This document shows positions 17,060 through 24,942 of a stretch of 32,000 nucleotides of DNA, in pieces. Positions within the stretch are counted from its first letter, which is position 1; each line of letters begins with the position of its first letter. The position numbers and the translations under genes are program-made. The notes under the pieces are model-generated. The model was given only the letters and a program-made list of their open reading frames with translations, did no database searches and was not told where the DNA came from. Origin of the DNA: Candidatus Saccharimonadota bacterium (GTDB lineage Bacteria > Patescibacteriota > Gracilibacteria > UBA4473); assembly GCA_030429505.1 (NCBI GenBank), contig JAUIFI010000001.1, forward strand, positions 900,001-932,000, read 5' to 3'.

Positions 17060-17812
17060 ATGGGACCTTTCTTTTTTTTCCTGCCACTTGTCATTCTGTT
17101 TTTTCTCTTTTTCATTCGCCAAGTGAATGAATACGAACGAGGAGTGATGTTTACCATTGGAAAATTTAGCGGAGTAAAAATGCCTGGCTGGAGAATCGTC
17201 GTTCCAGTTTTTCAAAGTATGAAAAAAGTCGATATTCGGACCAAAGCCGTCGATGTTCCAGATCAAGAAGCCATTACCAAAGATAATATCCCTGTTCGTA
17301 TCAACGCCGTCATTTATTACCGAGTGGCGAATACCGAAAAGGCAATTTTAGCAGTCGAAAACTTCTTTTGGGCTATGAGCCAAATGGCACAAACTACCAT
17401 GAGAAACGCCGTTGGTGAAACCACACTCGATGAATTGCTCCAAAAACGAGATCAGATTTCCAAACATATTCGAAAAGTTATCGATGTAGCTTCAGATCCT
17501 TGGGGTATTGCCGTCGAATCCGTAGAACTCAAAGACATCATCATTCCCGAAGACCTCAAACGCACTATCTCCAAAGAAGCCGAAGCCGAACGAGAAAAAC
17601 GAGCTGTCATCATCAAAGCCGAAGGAGATAAAATCGCCGCAGACAACCTCATGGCCGCTGCCAAAATATTGGACAAGACTCCCGGAGCCATGCATCTACG
17701 AACACTACAAACCATCAATGATCTCAGTTCCGACCAATCCAATACTACCGTCTGGATGATTCCCATGGAACTTTTGGATGCCATCAAGGGATTTGCTACC
17801 AAAGGGAAGTAG
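17060..17812 (+). CDS. SPFH/band-7 (stomatin-like) membrane protein
   Basis: It has an N-terminal transmembrane segment, then NEYERGVMFTIGKF...VDIRT...ITKDNIPVRINAVIYYRV...TLDELL...WGIAVESVELKDI, the canonical SPFH pattern. Confidence 0.9.
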   Translation: MGPFFFFLPLVILFFLFFIRQVNEYERGVMFTIGKFSGVKMPGWRIVVPVFQSMKKVDIRTKAVDVPDQEAITKDNIPVRINAVIYYRVANTEKAILAVENFFWAMSQMAQTTMRNAVGETTLDELLQKRDQISKHIRKVIDVASDPWGIAVESVELKDIIIPEDLKRTISKEAEAEREKRAVIIKAEGDKIAADNLMAAAKILDKTPGAMHLRTLQTINDLSSDQSNTTVWMIPMELLDAIKGFATKGK

Positions 17813-17854
17813 TTTTTTCTTCCATTAAAAGTCATTTTATGATATTATAGAAGG

Positions 17855-19135
17855 ATGATAGATAACGTCATTTTTAGTGATATTGCTATAAAACTTCTCA
17901 TTGCATCAGCTTTAGGAGCTTTTTTGGGCGTTCGCCGAGAAATGGAAGCTCAGCATTCAGAAAAACATCGAAGTTTTATGGGACTAAGAACCATGACCTT
18001 ACTTTGTCTGATGGGAGCCTTTTCTACACTTTTTCCTTTATTCCCCAATTTGCCACTGATTTTTTTCGGAGGCATCGTCATTCTCGTCAGTATTGCCTAT
18101 GCCTACGGAAGTTTTCATCTCGAACGAAATGGCTTGACCACAGAGTTCACCGCCATGATTGTGTTTTGGATTGGAGTTTTAGTGGGCGTCGATAAATATA
18201 TTTTAGCCATACTGATGACCCTCTTTCTCGCGGGAATCCATGCCTACAAAGAATCGCTCCACGGTTTTGTCAAAACCCTGAACCAAGAAGAATGGTCTGG
18301 AGCACTCCAATTACTTCTCATTTCCGGAGCTATACTGCCCTTTCTTCCTAAGACTCCTATTGACCCTTGGGGAGCCATTGTTCCTTTTAATGTCTGGTTT
18401 TTAGTAGTACTCATCTCCGGAATTGGCTTTTTAGGATACTTTTTAACCAAATACTTTGGTGCTCGAGGGGGTATTCCTCTCGCCAGTTTTTTTGGTGCTA
18501 TTGTTTCCAGTACTGCCGTTACCATTGCCATGGCCAGTCGTTCCAAAGACTCAAAACTCAGTAATATTTTTGCAGGAGGTATCATGATAGCACTTGCCAC
18601 CATGCAGATACGAGTGATCGGAGAAGTATACTTTCTCGGAACTTCCGACATGCTTCATTTTCTTCTGGTGCCATTAGCCATGGCCGGAGCCAGTTTAGTC
18701 ACAGCCATCTACTTTTTTTCAGTCTCGGAAAGACGGCATGGATTTTATTCTCTCTTTCATAATCCGGATAAAATCAAGCTCGATAGTCCCTTTGAAATCG
18801 GACCGGCCATTAAATTTGGCTTGGTTTTTGTACTCGTATTAATCGCCATTGTACTCGGAAAAAAATACTTTGGTACCAGTGGTGTTTATACCGCTGCAAT
18901 TTTTTCCGGAATCATCGATATTGATTCCATTGTTCTATCCAGTCTCGAATCAGTCAAACACGGACAACTTGCATCCCAAACAGCACAAAATTCAGTTCTG
19001 ATCGCTCTCTTTGTTAATACTGTCGTCAAAATAGCCTACGGAGCCTTTTTGGGAAGCTTCCGCTTAATTCGAAAAATGGCCCTAGCCATCCTCTTTGTAG
19101 CTTTAGTGGGAGGAGGGGTGTATTTTTTGATCTAA
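17855..19135 (+). CDS. MgtC/SapB-family N-terminal domain plus DUF4010 polytopic membrane protein
   Basis: IKLLIASALGAFLGVRRE is MgtC-like. The protein is 426 aa with many predicted transmembrane segments. Confidence 0.7.
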   Translation: MIDNVIFSDIAIKLLIASALGAFLGVRREMEAQHSEKHRSFMGLRTMTLLCLMGAFSTLFPLFPNLPLIFFGGIVILVSIAYAYGSFHLERNGLTTEFTAMIVFWIGVLVGVDKYILAILMTLFLAGIHAYKESLHGFVKTLNQEEWSGALQLLLISGAILPFLPKTPIDPWGAIVPFNVWFLVVLISGIGFLGYFLTKYFGARGGIPLASFFGAIVSSTAVTIAMASRSKDSKLSNIFAGGIMIALATMQIRVIGEVYFLGTSDMLHFLLVPLAMAGASLVTAIYFFSVSERRHGFYSLFHNPDKIKLDSPFEIGPAIKFGLVFVLVLIAIVLGKKYFGTSGVYTAAIFSGIIDIDSIVLSSLESVKHGQLASQTAQNSVLIALFVNTVVKIAYGAFLGSFRLIRKMALAILFVALVGGGVYFLI

Positions 19136-19177
19136 ACTTTTCTTCTCATAAAAAGAGAGAAAGGTATAGTAACAACA

Positions 19178-19957
19178 ATGAAAATCATTTCCTGGAACGT
19201 AAATGGCATCAGGGCAATTGAACGCAAAGGCGAATTACAAAAATTTCTGAAAACCCATGATCCGGACATATTTCTCCTTCAAGAAACGAAAGCCCATCCA
19301 GATCAATTATCGGAAATTATTGCTACATACTCGGACTATACTCAGTTTTACCATGCTGCTGATAAAGCTGGTTATAGTGGCACCGGTATTTGGATAAAAA
19401 ACCCTCTTTCTCTGGATGTAACATTCGATACTGGTATGGATGGCTTTGAGGAAAACGAGGGTCGGATTTCTCGGATGGATATAGGAGATTGGATTATCTT
19501 TAGCGTGTACTTTCCCAACGGACAAAAGTCAGAAGAAGCCTGGCAGGGAAAATTGGTTTTCTACGAAGAATTTTTACAGCACATAAATGACCTTCGTTTA
19601 CAGGGGAAAAAAGTGCTCTGGGGAGGTGATGTCAATTGTGCTCATGAGGAGATTGATCTCGCCCGCCCCAAAGAAAACCAAAATTCAATCGGATTTTTGC
19701 CCGAGGAGCGAGCGTGGGTGAGTAAAGTGATCGGTCATAACTGGATCGATGTCTTTCGTACGCTTCATCCGGAAACAGTTATTTACTCCTGGTGGCATCT
19801 GATTTCTCGAGCACGAGATCGAAATGTTGGATGGCGGATTGATTATTTCTTCCTCGATAAATCATTGCTACCATTGGTGCAAAAAATAGAATACCTCAAT
19901 GATCAGATGGGATCAGATCATTGTCCGGTGATGATAAAAGTGTCGATAGATATATAG
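19178..19957 (+). CDS. xth: Exodeoxyribonuclease III (AP endonuclease)
   Basis: It has MKIISWNVNGIRA, LQETK, GGDVNCAHEEIDL and GSDHCPV, the ExoIII/EEP catalytic motifs. Confidence 0.9.
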   Translation: MKIISWNVNGIRAIERKGELQKFLKTHDPDIFLLQETKAHPDQLSEIIATYSDYTQFYHAADKAGYSGTGIWIKNPLSLDVTFDTGMDGFEENEGRISRMDIGDWIIFSVYFPNGQKSEEAWQGKLVFYEEFLQHINDLRLQGKKVLWGGDVNCAHEEIDLARPKENQNSIGFLPEERAWVSKVIGHNWIDVFRTLHPETVIYSWWHLISRARDRNVGWRIDYFFLDKSLLPLVQKIEYLNDQMGSDHCPVMIKVSIDI

Positions 19958-20064
19958 TCCCTGCTGAAAATGAAGCAAAGGTGAACTCGTTCACTGCACA
20001 AAAAAACAAAAAGAGGTACAAGGAATAAAAAACAAACCTCAAAATTTTTTTGTGTTTCAAAATC

Positions 20065-21972
20065 ATGAAACAAAAGTATCGAGGTTTGGTTTTATTGCTA
20101 TTTGGAAATATTATTTGTCTTGCTCAGACCACAGAATCATCATTTAAATCAGGAGATTTTAACCGTGTTCAAATCACAGAAATTTCTCCACATAAAATAG
20201 AAAATGAGGAAGAATGGTTTGAATTTTCCGTTGAAGGAAGTCAGGCAATTGATATCAGTAACTGGAAAATCTCCAACGGAGCATCGGTAAAAAAAACATT
20301 CCATAGTGTTAAAGATCAATTACACCTTGGACAAGGTGGAGAGTGGCTGCAGGGAAAATCAAGTTTTCTGGACAGTAACGGCACGATTCGAAACGAATGG
20401 CATTATACTGGGAGTGGCTCGTCTGTGACATTATCCGAAGATGCACTAATTCTCCTTCCGAATCCAAAGGCTTTTTTATGGTGGGAAAAGTCGCCAATAT
20501 CCCTTCCGAATAATGGTGGTACCATTCAAATAGTAGATGAAGATGATAGGATCCTTGATGAAATCACCTATCCAGAAGGAAGTTCCGGAACTCGCGATGG
20601 AACTACCTATGCTGACACTTGGAACAGGCATTCAGAAAAGCCTAATACTCTTTTCCCCCTGACATTTCATAAAGAAAACCAGACATTTCCTCACTCCAAA
20701 GGGGAAGAAAACCTTGCATCTCCTACTTTTCCCGAAGAGATAACTCTCCTCATATCAGAAATTTCACCCAAAGCAGATGATGCTATTTTTGATTTTCTAG
20801 AGTTATTTGTGGCGAACGCTCCGATTGACGGAGCGAATCTAAAATACCTAGAAGTTAAACATAATGGCACTCCACTTTTCTTTTTTGACTATGATTTCAT
20901 AGTTCAGGCGGGAGATTTCATCATAATTAACTTCGATAACCTTCCATTTTCTCTTCACTCAATTGGCAATATTCATCATATATCCACCGACAAAAAAGAT
21001 GGCTTATCATCCGGTTCAGGAACTGTGGAAATTATTCTTTATTCAGGAACTGCTTGGGAGGCGCGAGAGGATTTTCTTTGCTGGCAAAAAGATAGTCTAA
21101 GTCAAACCGAATCAAATCGAGTTGAAAGAGTTATACGAGAGCAAAACTGGAAAGGGAGCTGCTATGATATTTCTGATATCATTACCAATGAATCAATAGC
21201 CAGGGCTTCTTTTGCCATCGATTCTGATACGAAAAATGACTTTATTAGCCATTTCAACGGTTCGAAAGGAAAAGAAAACAAGCTACAGAACCACCCCCCT
21301 CAGGCAAAAATAGTCGTACAAGGAGCTCGTCGGATTTTCAAAAGCTCGCTCAATTTTACTGGAGACGAATCAAACGATCCTGATGGGAAACATGATCTGA
21401 AAAATTTTTTATGGAAAGTGAATGGTACTCAGTGTTCAGGTCCGGAAGATGGTTGGTACTGGACTAAAGAATGTCTAGAAGAATCCACTCGTCAAAATCC
21501 CAATTCTATCCAATTCTCAAAACGAGGGGAATATACTGTCAGCTTAACAGTAACTGACTTTTCTGGGGCAGAACATACTACTCAGGTGATAATTGAAGTA
21601 ACCGAAAATGGAATTAATCCATTTGGATTGTCTGCGAGCGGTGGGAGTAGTTCAGCTTTTGATTCATCACTCAGAGATTGGGCGAAAAAAGAAGTTCAGA
21701 AAAAACTTAAAACTCCCGAAACCAAATCTCTCGAAGTTCGAACGAAAGGCAAAAACCAATACCAAGCGTCACCAGATTTTTTTGATACGTTTTTAGACCA
21801 TCTTCCACTAGATTTACTTCAAAAGACTCCACCAGAGCTTGCCAAAGAAAAGGAATATTTTGAGAAAAAATATCTCGTCGAACGTCCTAGGTATCGCTTT
21901 CAGAGAGACAGATTTACAGACAAAGATCGAAAATTAATAGCCAAGAATTTAGGATTTATCTATCTGAAGTAG
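20065..21972 (+). CDS. Secreted protein with two lamin-tail-domain-like modules, a PKD-like domain and a basic C-terminal tail
   Basis: The signal peptide is MKQKYRGLVLLLFGNIICLAQT. LTD-like stretches are VQITEISPH...EEWFEF...IDISNWKIS and LLISEISPK...DFLELFV. The PKD-like stretch is LNFTGDESNDPDGKHDL...WKVNG...GEYTVSLTVTDFSGAEH. The track TTG start at 20050 is rejected. Confidence 0.65.
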   Translation: MKQKYRGLVLLLFGNIICLAQTTESSFKSGDFNRVQITEISPHKIENEEEWFEFSVEGSQAIDISNWKISNGASVKKTFHSVKDQLHLGQGGEWLQGKSSFLDSNGTIRNEWHYTGSGSSVTLSEDALILLPNPKAFLWWEKSPISLPNNGGTIQIVDEDDRILDEITYPEGSSGTRDGTTYADTWNRHSEKPNTLFPLTFHKENQTFPHSKGEENLASPTFPEEITLLISEISPKADDAIFDFLELFVANAPIDGANLKYLEVKHNGTPLFFFDYDFIVQAGDFIIINFDNLPFSLHSIGNIHHISTDKKDGLSSGSGTVEIILYSGTAWEAREDFLCWQKDSLSQTESNRVERVIREQNWKGSCYDISDIITNESIARASFAIDSDTKNDFISHFNGSKGKENKLQNHPPQAKIVVQGARRIFKSSLNFTGDESNDPDGKHDLKNFLWKVNGTQCSGPEDGWYWTKECLEESTRQNPNSIQFSKRGEYTVSLTVTDFSGAEHTTQVIIEVTENGINPFGLSASGGSSSAFDSSLRDWAKKEVQKKLKTPETKSLEVRTKGKNQYQASPDFFDTFLDHLPLDLLQKTPPELAKEKEYFEKKYLVERPRYRFQRDRFTDKDRKLIAKNLGFIYLK

Positions 21973-22969
21973 TCGATCTCCATTCTGCTGGAGTCAAAAT
22001 CACATCAAAAGGATCTTGTGGAAATTGTACTACACGGATATTTTGCACGATTGCGTTTTTGTTCGCCTGAATATTTTCATAAAACTCACGAAGCGAACGG
22101 TCATAACCTTCCATGATTTGAAGAACAAATCGGGTTGATTCAAAATAGGTTCTTCCTTCAATTTGATCTTTTTGGGCTCTAATTTTTTGTTGTAATTGAG
22201 TTTCAATATTCACAGCCGCAAAAGACCCAAAAGCACTATCCAATTCTTGGTCAATCTGAAAAATAGTATCTTCACTTCGTTGAATTTGAGCATACCATTG
22301 ATTGATTTGTCCCGCCAAAGCTTTGCGAAGAAAGACGGAGTCTTGAACAAAAATACGGATATCAGACAAAAGTTGCTCGATATTCTGAGACCTTATTTCT
22401 GGACTATTTCCTAGCCAGTCTTGGTTCACAGGTACTTCAAACAAACGATGTACTTGTCCAATCCAGTCAATAGCCGGACCAATACCTTGTAACGGTACAC
22501 GAGGAGAAGTATTTTGCTCGATATAATCAGCCCAGTCGACAAAATCAGATACCCGTAAGTCTGTAGGTGTGACAGGTGTTTCTCCATCAATTACAACATC
22601 TTTTTTTGGAGATTGTGGTTCTTTTGTGATCGGTGCCTTATCTTCTGCTACAGGTCTATCTCGAGGAGCTTTGTCTCCCAAGGGATGAATATTACTGGTC
22701 CAGATAAACCAGATCGCTACACCCAATAACCCAAATCCAAATACAAACTTTAAAACTCCCCATACAATCCTTTGCAGTAACCAAAAAAAATCGCCATCTT
22801 CTTCAATCAAAAGTTCATCATCCTCTTCATTATCAAGAAGATCTGGGGTGTTGTCCCCTAGAAGGCTTTCTTCCTTGGAAATAGGGATAGGAGGCTTTTC
22901 TCCTTTTTCTCTATCAGAAGAAGGAGCGTTTTCAGTGCTAGAAATGGGCTTTGAAATATCATCTCCCAT
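21956..22969 (-). CDS. Hypothetical single-pass membrane protein (acidic N-terminus, Pro-rich linker, helical ectodomain)
   Basis: The transmembrane segment is VWGVLKFVFGFGLLGVAIWFIW. The 3' end overlaps the convergent LTD gene by 17 bp. It lies downstream of ruvC on the same strand. Confidence 0.6.
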   Translation of the reverse strand: MGDDISKPISSTENAPSSDREKGEKPPIPISKEESLLGDNTPDLLDNEEDDELLIEEDGDFFWLLQRIVWGVLKFVFGFGLLGVAIWFIWTSNIHPLGDKAPRDRPVAEDKAPITKEPQSPKKDVVIDGETPVTPTDLRVSDFVDWADYIEQNTSPRVPLQGIGPAIDWIGQVHRLFEVPVNQDWLGNSPEIRSQNIEQLLSDIRIFVQDSVFLRKALAGQINQWYAQIQRSEDTIFQIDQELDSAFGSFAAVNIETQLQQKIRAQKDQIEGRTYFESTRFVLQIMEGYDRSLREFYENIQANKNAIVQNIRVVQFPQDPFDVILTPAEWRSTTSDR

Positions 22970-23000
22970 AAAGCGATTATAACATATTTTTCATGAAAAA

Positions 23001-23471
23001 TCAATGAGCTTGAGATGCATAATATGCCACTCCAATCGCATCAGCACTATCGTCAATTTGAGGAGATTTTTTTAAGCCAAATAGTTTTTGTGCCATAGTT
23101 TTCATATCAGTTTTTGTAGCCTTTCCGTTCCCCGTAAAGACAGATTTTACCTCTACAGGTTTTGGTTCTACGATTTCAGCACCATATTCTCGAGCTAAAT
23201 AAATCAAAGCCCCCCTCACTTGAGCAACTTTTATTCCGGTTGTTACATTCTGCACAAAAAATAAATCCTCAATCGATACGATATCTGGTTGGTGTTTGTC
23301 TAAAAGTTTCTTAAAGTCATCCGCAATCTCAACCAATCGATCTGGAAAATAACTATTGGACTTGGTTTTAATCACTCCAAATGTTTTGAGTTTTATTTCT
23401 CGCTTCGTATTCGCACAAAGAACTGCAAATCCGCAAATTCCAAAACCTGGATCAATACCCAAGATAGTCAT
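23001..23471 (-). CDS. ruvC: Crossover junction endodeoxyribonuclease RuvC
   Basis: It has MTILGIDPGFGICGFAV, VSIEDLFF and SADAIGVAYY, matching the RuvC DEDD catalytic residues, and is 156 aa long. Confidence 0.9.
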   Translation of the reverse strand: MTILGIDPGFGICGFAVLCANTKREIKLKTFGVIKTKSNSYFPDRLVEIADDFKKLLDKHQPDIVSIEDLFFVQNVTTGIKVAQVRGALIYLAREYGAEIVEPKPVEVKSVFTGNGKATKTDMKTMAQKLFGLKKSPQIDDSADAIGVAYYASQAH

Positions 23472-23556
23472 CAGTATGATTCTCTCATAAGCGAAAGATT
23501 TATAAAAGAGTTGAAATCACTTCCTTTTTATACACAATAACCTTGTTCCGAAATAC

Positions 23557-24204
23557 ATGGACCTACAAACACAAAAAAAACGTTATCAAGATAATTGGAA
23601 AAAATACCAACCCCAATTTGGCAGTATCCCTTGGGAAAGCATTCCTGATTTTTTGTATTTTATAGAAATCATCCCCTCAATTACTCTTCAAAAATCAGGA
23701 GAAAAAATAACTCAGTCACTTAAAAAAGTTGTTCCAAACGCAAAGGGATTGTGGGTGCCTTCGGAACGCCTACACATCACCCTTGCCCTTCCTGGTCGAC
23801 AAGGAGTCCATTTCGAAGGGAATGATATAAAGTTTATGGAAAAAAAATTGAAAGAAATCTTAAAAAAATACCAACCTTTTGAGATACAGCTTGGCTCTAT
23901 CAATTGTTTTCCCAACGTCCTTTTTCGAGAAGTATATGATGAGACGGGGCAACTCTACCAGCTTCATAACGAAATCTGTCACACCATTCCGTTTTCAGAA
24001 AAGCCTGAATATCGATTTGAAAACTATCTTCCTCATATGGCACTCTTTTATGGACAAGCCTCAAAAGGAGGATTCGATAATCCAGGTTTTGATCGGAAAA
24101 TACCACAAGAAAAGATGCTGATCGAGAAAGTGTGCTTTGGTAAAGCCAAAAACATTACAAAGAATACATATCAAAAACAAATTCTTAAAGAATTCACATT
24201 ATAA
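23557..24204 (+). CDS. 2H phosphoesterase superfamily protein (LigT-like)
   Basis: The first motif is RLHITLAL (H73) and the second is LPHMALFYG (H160), 87 residues apart. FEIQLGSINCFPNVLFREV between them matches the LigT fold pattern. Confidence 0.6.
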   Translation: MDLQTQKKRYQDNWKKYQPQFGSIPWESIPDFLYFIEIIPSITLQKSGEKITQSLKKVVPNAKGLWVPSERLHITLALPGRQGVHFEGNDIKFMEKKLKEILKKYQPFEIQLGSINCFPNVLFREVYDETGQLYQLHNEICHTIPFSEKPEYRFENYLPHMALFYGQASKGGFDNPGFDRKIPQEKMLIEKVCFGKAKNITKNTYQKQILKEFTL

Positions 24205-24280
24205 GTTCTCATATTGAGAGAAAATAAAAAGAGAAAACCCTTTTCCTGAGGGATGTTTTCGTATTATCACAAAAAAAGTT

Positions 24281-24309
24281 TTGACAAAAAACATACGTTG
24301 GAGTACAAT
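24281..24309 (+). promoter_or_regulatory. Exact consensus sigma70 promoter TTGACA-17-TACAAT
   Basis: TTGACA is at 24281-24286, followed by a 17-nt spacer and TACAAT at 24304-24309. No ORF follows for more than 600 nt. Confidence 0.7.
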
Positions 24310-24315
24310 GGTCTG

Positions 24316-24891
24316 AAGTTCAAAAGTTAAAAAGGTCAAAAATAAAAACAAACACCTTACAACAAAGAACTTCTTAAAGGGGCTTTCGAAGGGGAAAAAA
24401 GTTCTTTGTCACACACGGACAATAAAACGGAGAGGATTGAGAAAACGGGCAAACTGATCAAATAATTATTATATCTTTTTTTATTCTTTATTGTACGCAG
24501 TTTTGCTGCGTTTTCTCGCTTCTCTCCGCTTTGCGATGACGTTATAGACGCCTTTGACTACGTTTATAATGCACCACAAGACGCGAGAGGCTTGCGATTC
24601 TCAAAAGACGACTTTTTCTTCATTTGAAGAGTTAGCCGCCTTCTCGAGAACCGTTTTGAGGTAAAAACAACAAATTTACAGCTCGTATTGTATCCTTTTT
24701 TGATCTAAAAATCAAGAAAACACAATACACCCAGAGCTCCGACTGGTGACGCGGTCCCGCTTTATAGCGGAAGAAGTTGCACCAAAGCAAGGCTATGAGA
24801 GATTTAGTTCCTAGTCAGGACTTTCCAAAACCGGCTGAAAAGCTTGCCTCACTATTATCAGAGGTATCAGGCTTCCTCAGTCGGTTTTTTT
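24316..24891 (+). ncRNA. Candidate ~575-nt structured non-coding RNA or long leader, class unassigned
   Basis: It is ORF-free and bounded by a consensus promoter and a hairpin plus seven T. Extended helices: 24363-24372/24399-24408 (10 bp); 24428-24434/24522-24528 with 24439-24447/24509-24517 and inner 24496-24500/24506-24510; 24600-24606/24654-24660 with inner 24617-24621/24626-24630; 24680-24691/24722-24738 with an inner TTTTTTGAT/ATCAAGAAAA stem; and 24739-24745/24878-24884. Confidence 0.55.
24831..24891 (+). terminator. Rho-independent terminator (branched/extended hairpin plus seven T)
   Basis: CCGGCTGA (24831-24838) pairs with TCAGTCGG (24877-24884), with one G-U pair. Inner pairings are AAGC/GCTT and CCTC/GAGG. 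The T-run spans 24885-24891. Confidence 0.7.
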
Positions 24892-24942
24892 CTTTATCTC
24901 TATAAAAAATATTCGTACAATAAAAAAGCTTTCGAAAAAATT

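Noticed and set aside
24739-24880. Partial resemblance to cobalamin (GGTGA..CGGTCCCGC), ZTP (GACTGGTG ... ACCGGCTG) and TPP (CTGAGG..CCTGATACCTCTGATAATAGTGAGG on the reverse strand) riboswitch cores
   Set aside because: Each match covers only a fragment of the conserved core. The B12 box GCCACTG is absent. The ZTP CCGCCTGGGCA element is not matched. The TPP-like string is on the wrong strand and lacks the P2/P3 and CUGAGA context. I treat these as chance similarities unless a covariance-model search says otherwise.
24316-24891. Identity of the large non-coding unit as tmRNA, RNase P RNA or SRP RNA
   Set aside because: For tmRNA, GGGGCTTTCGAAGGGG loosely recalls the 5' end, but there is no T-arm (GGTTCGAxTCC), no CCA-proximal acceptor partner and no plausible tag ORF. 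For RNase P, GGAAAGTCC occurs only on the strand opposite the promoter and terminator, and the matching ACAGAAxCCGGCTTA partner and GGTAA/AGGGTG modules are absent. For SRP, GGTCC...GGAAGAAG resembles GGUCC-GGAA-GGAAGCAGC, but it differs at conserved loop positions, carries an 11-nt insert instead of the tetraloop, and the RNA is not a single long hairpin.
24568-24902. Small ORFs inside the non-coding unit (32 codons from the ATG at 24568; 35 codons from the ATG at 24795)
   Set aside because: They have no Shine-Dalgarno sequence or other start context, they overlap predicted helices and the terminator, and their sequences are unremarkable. I keep them only as a caveat to the ncRNA interpretation.
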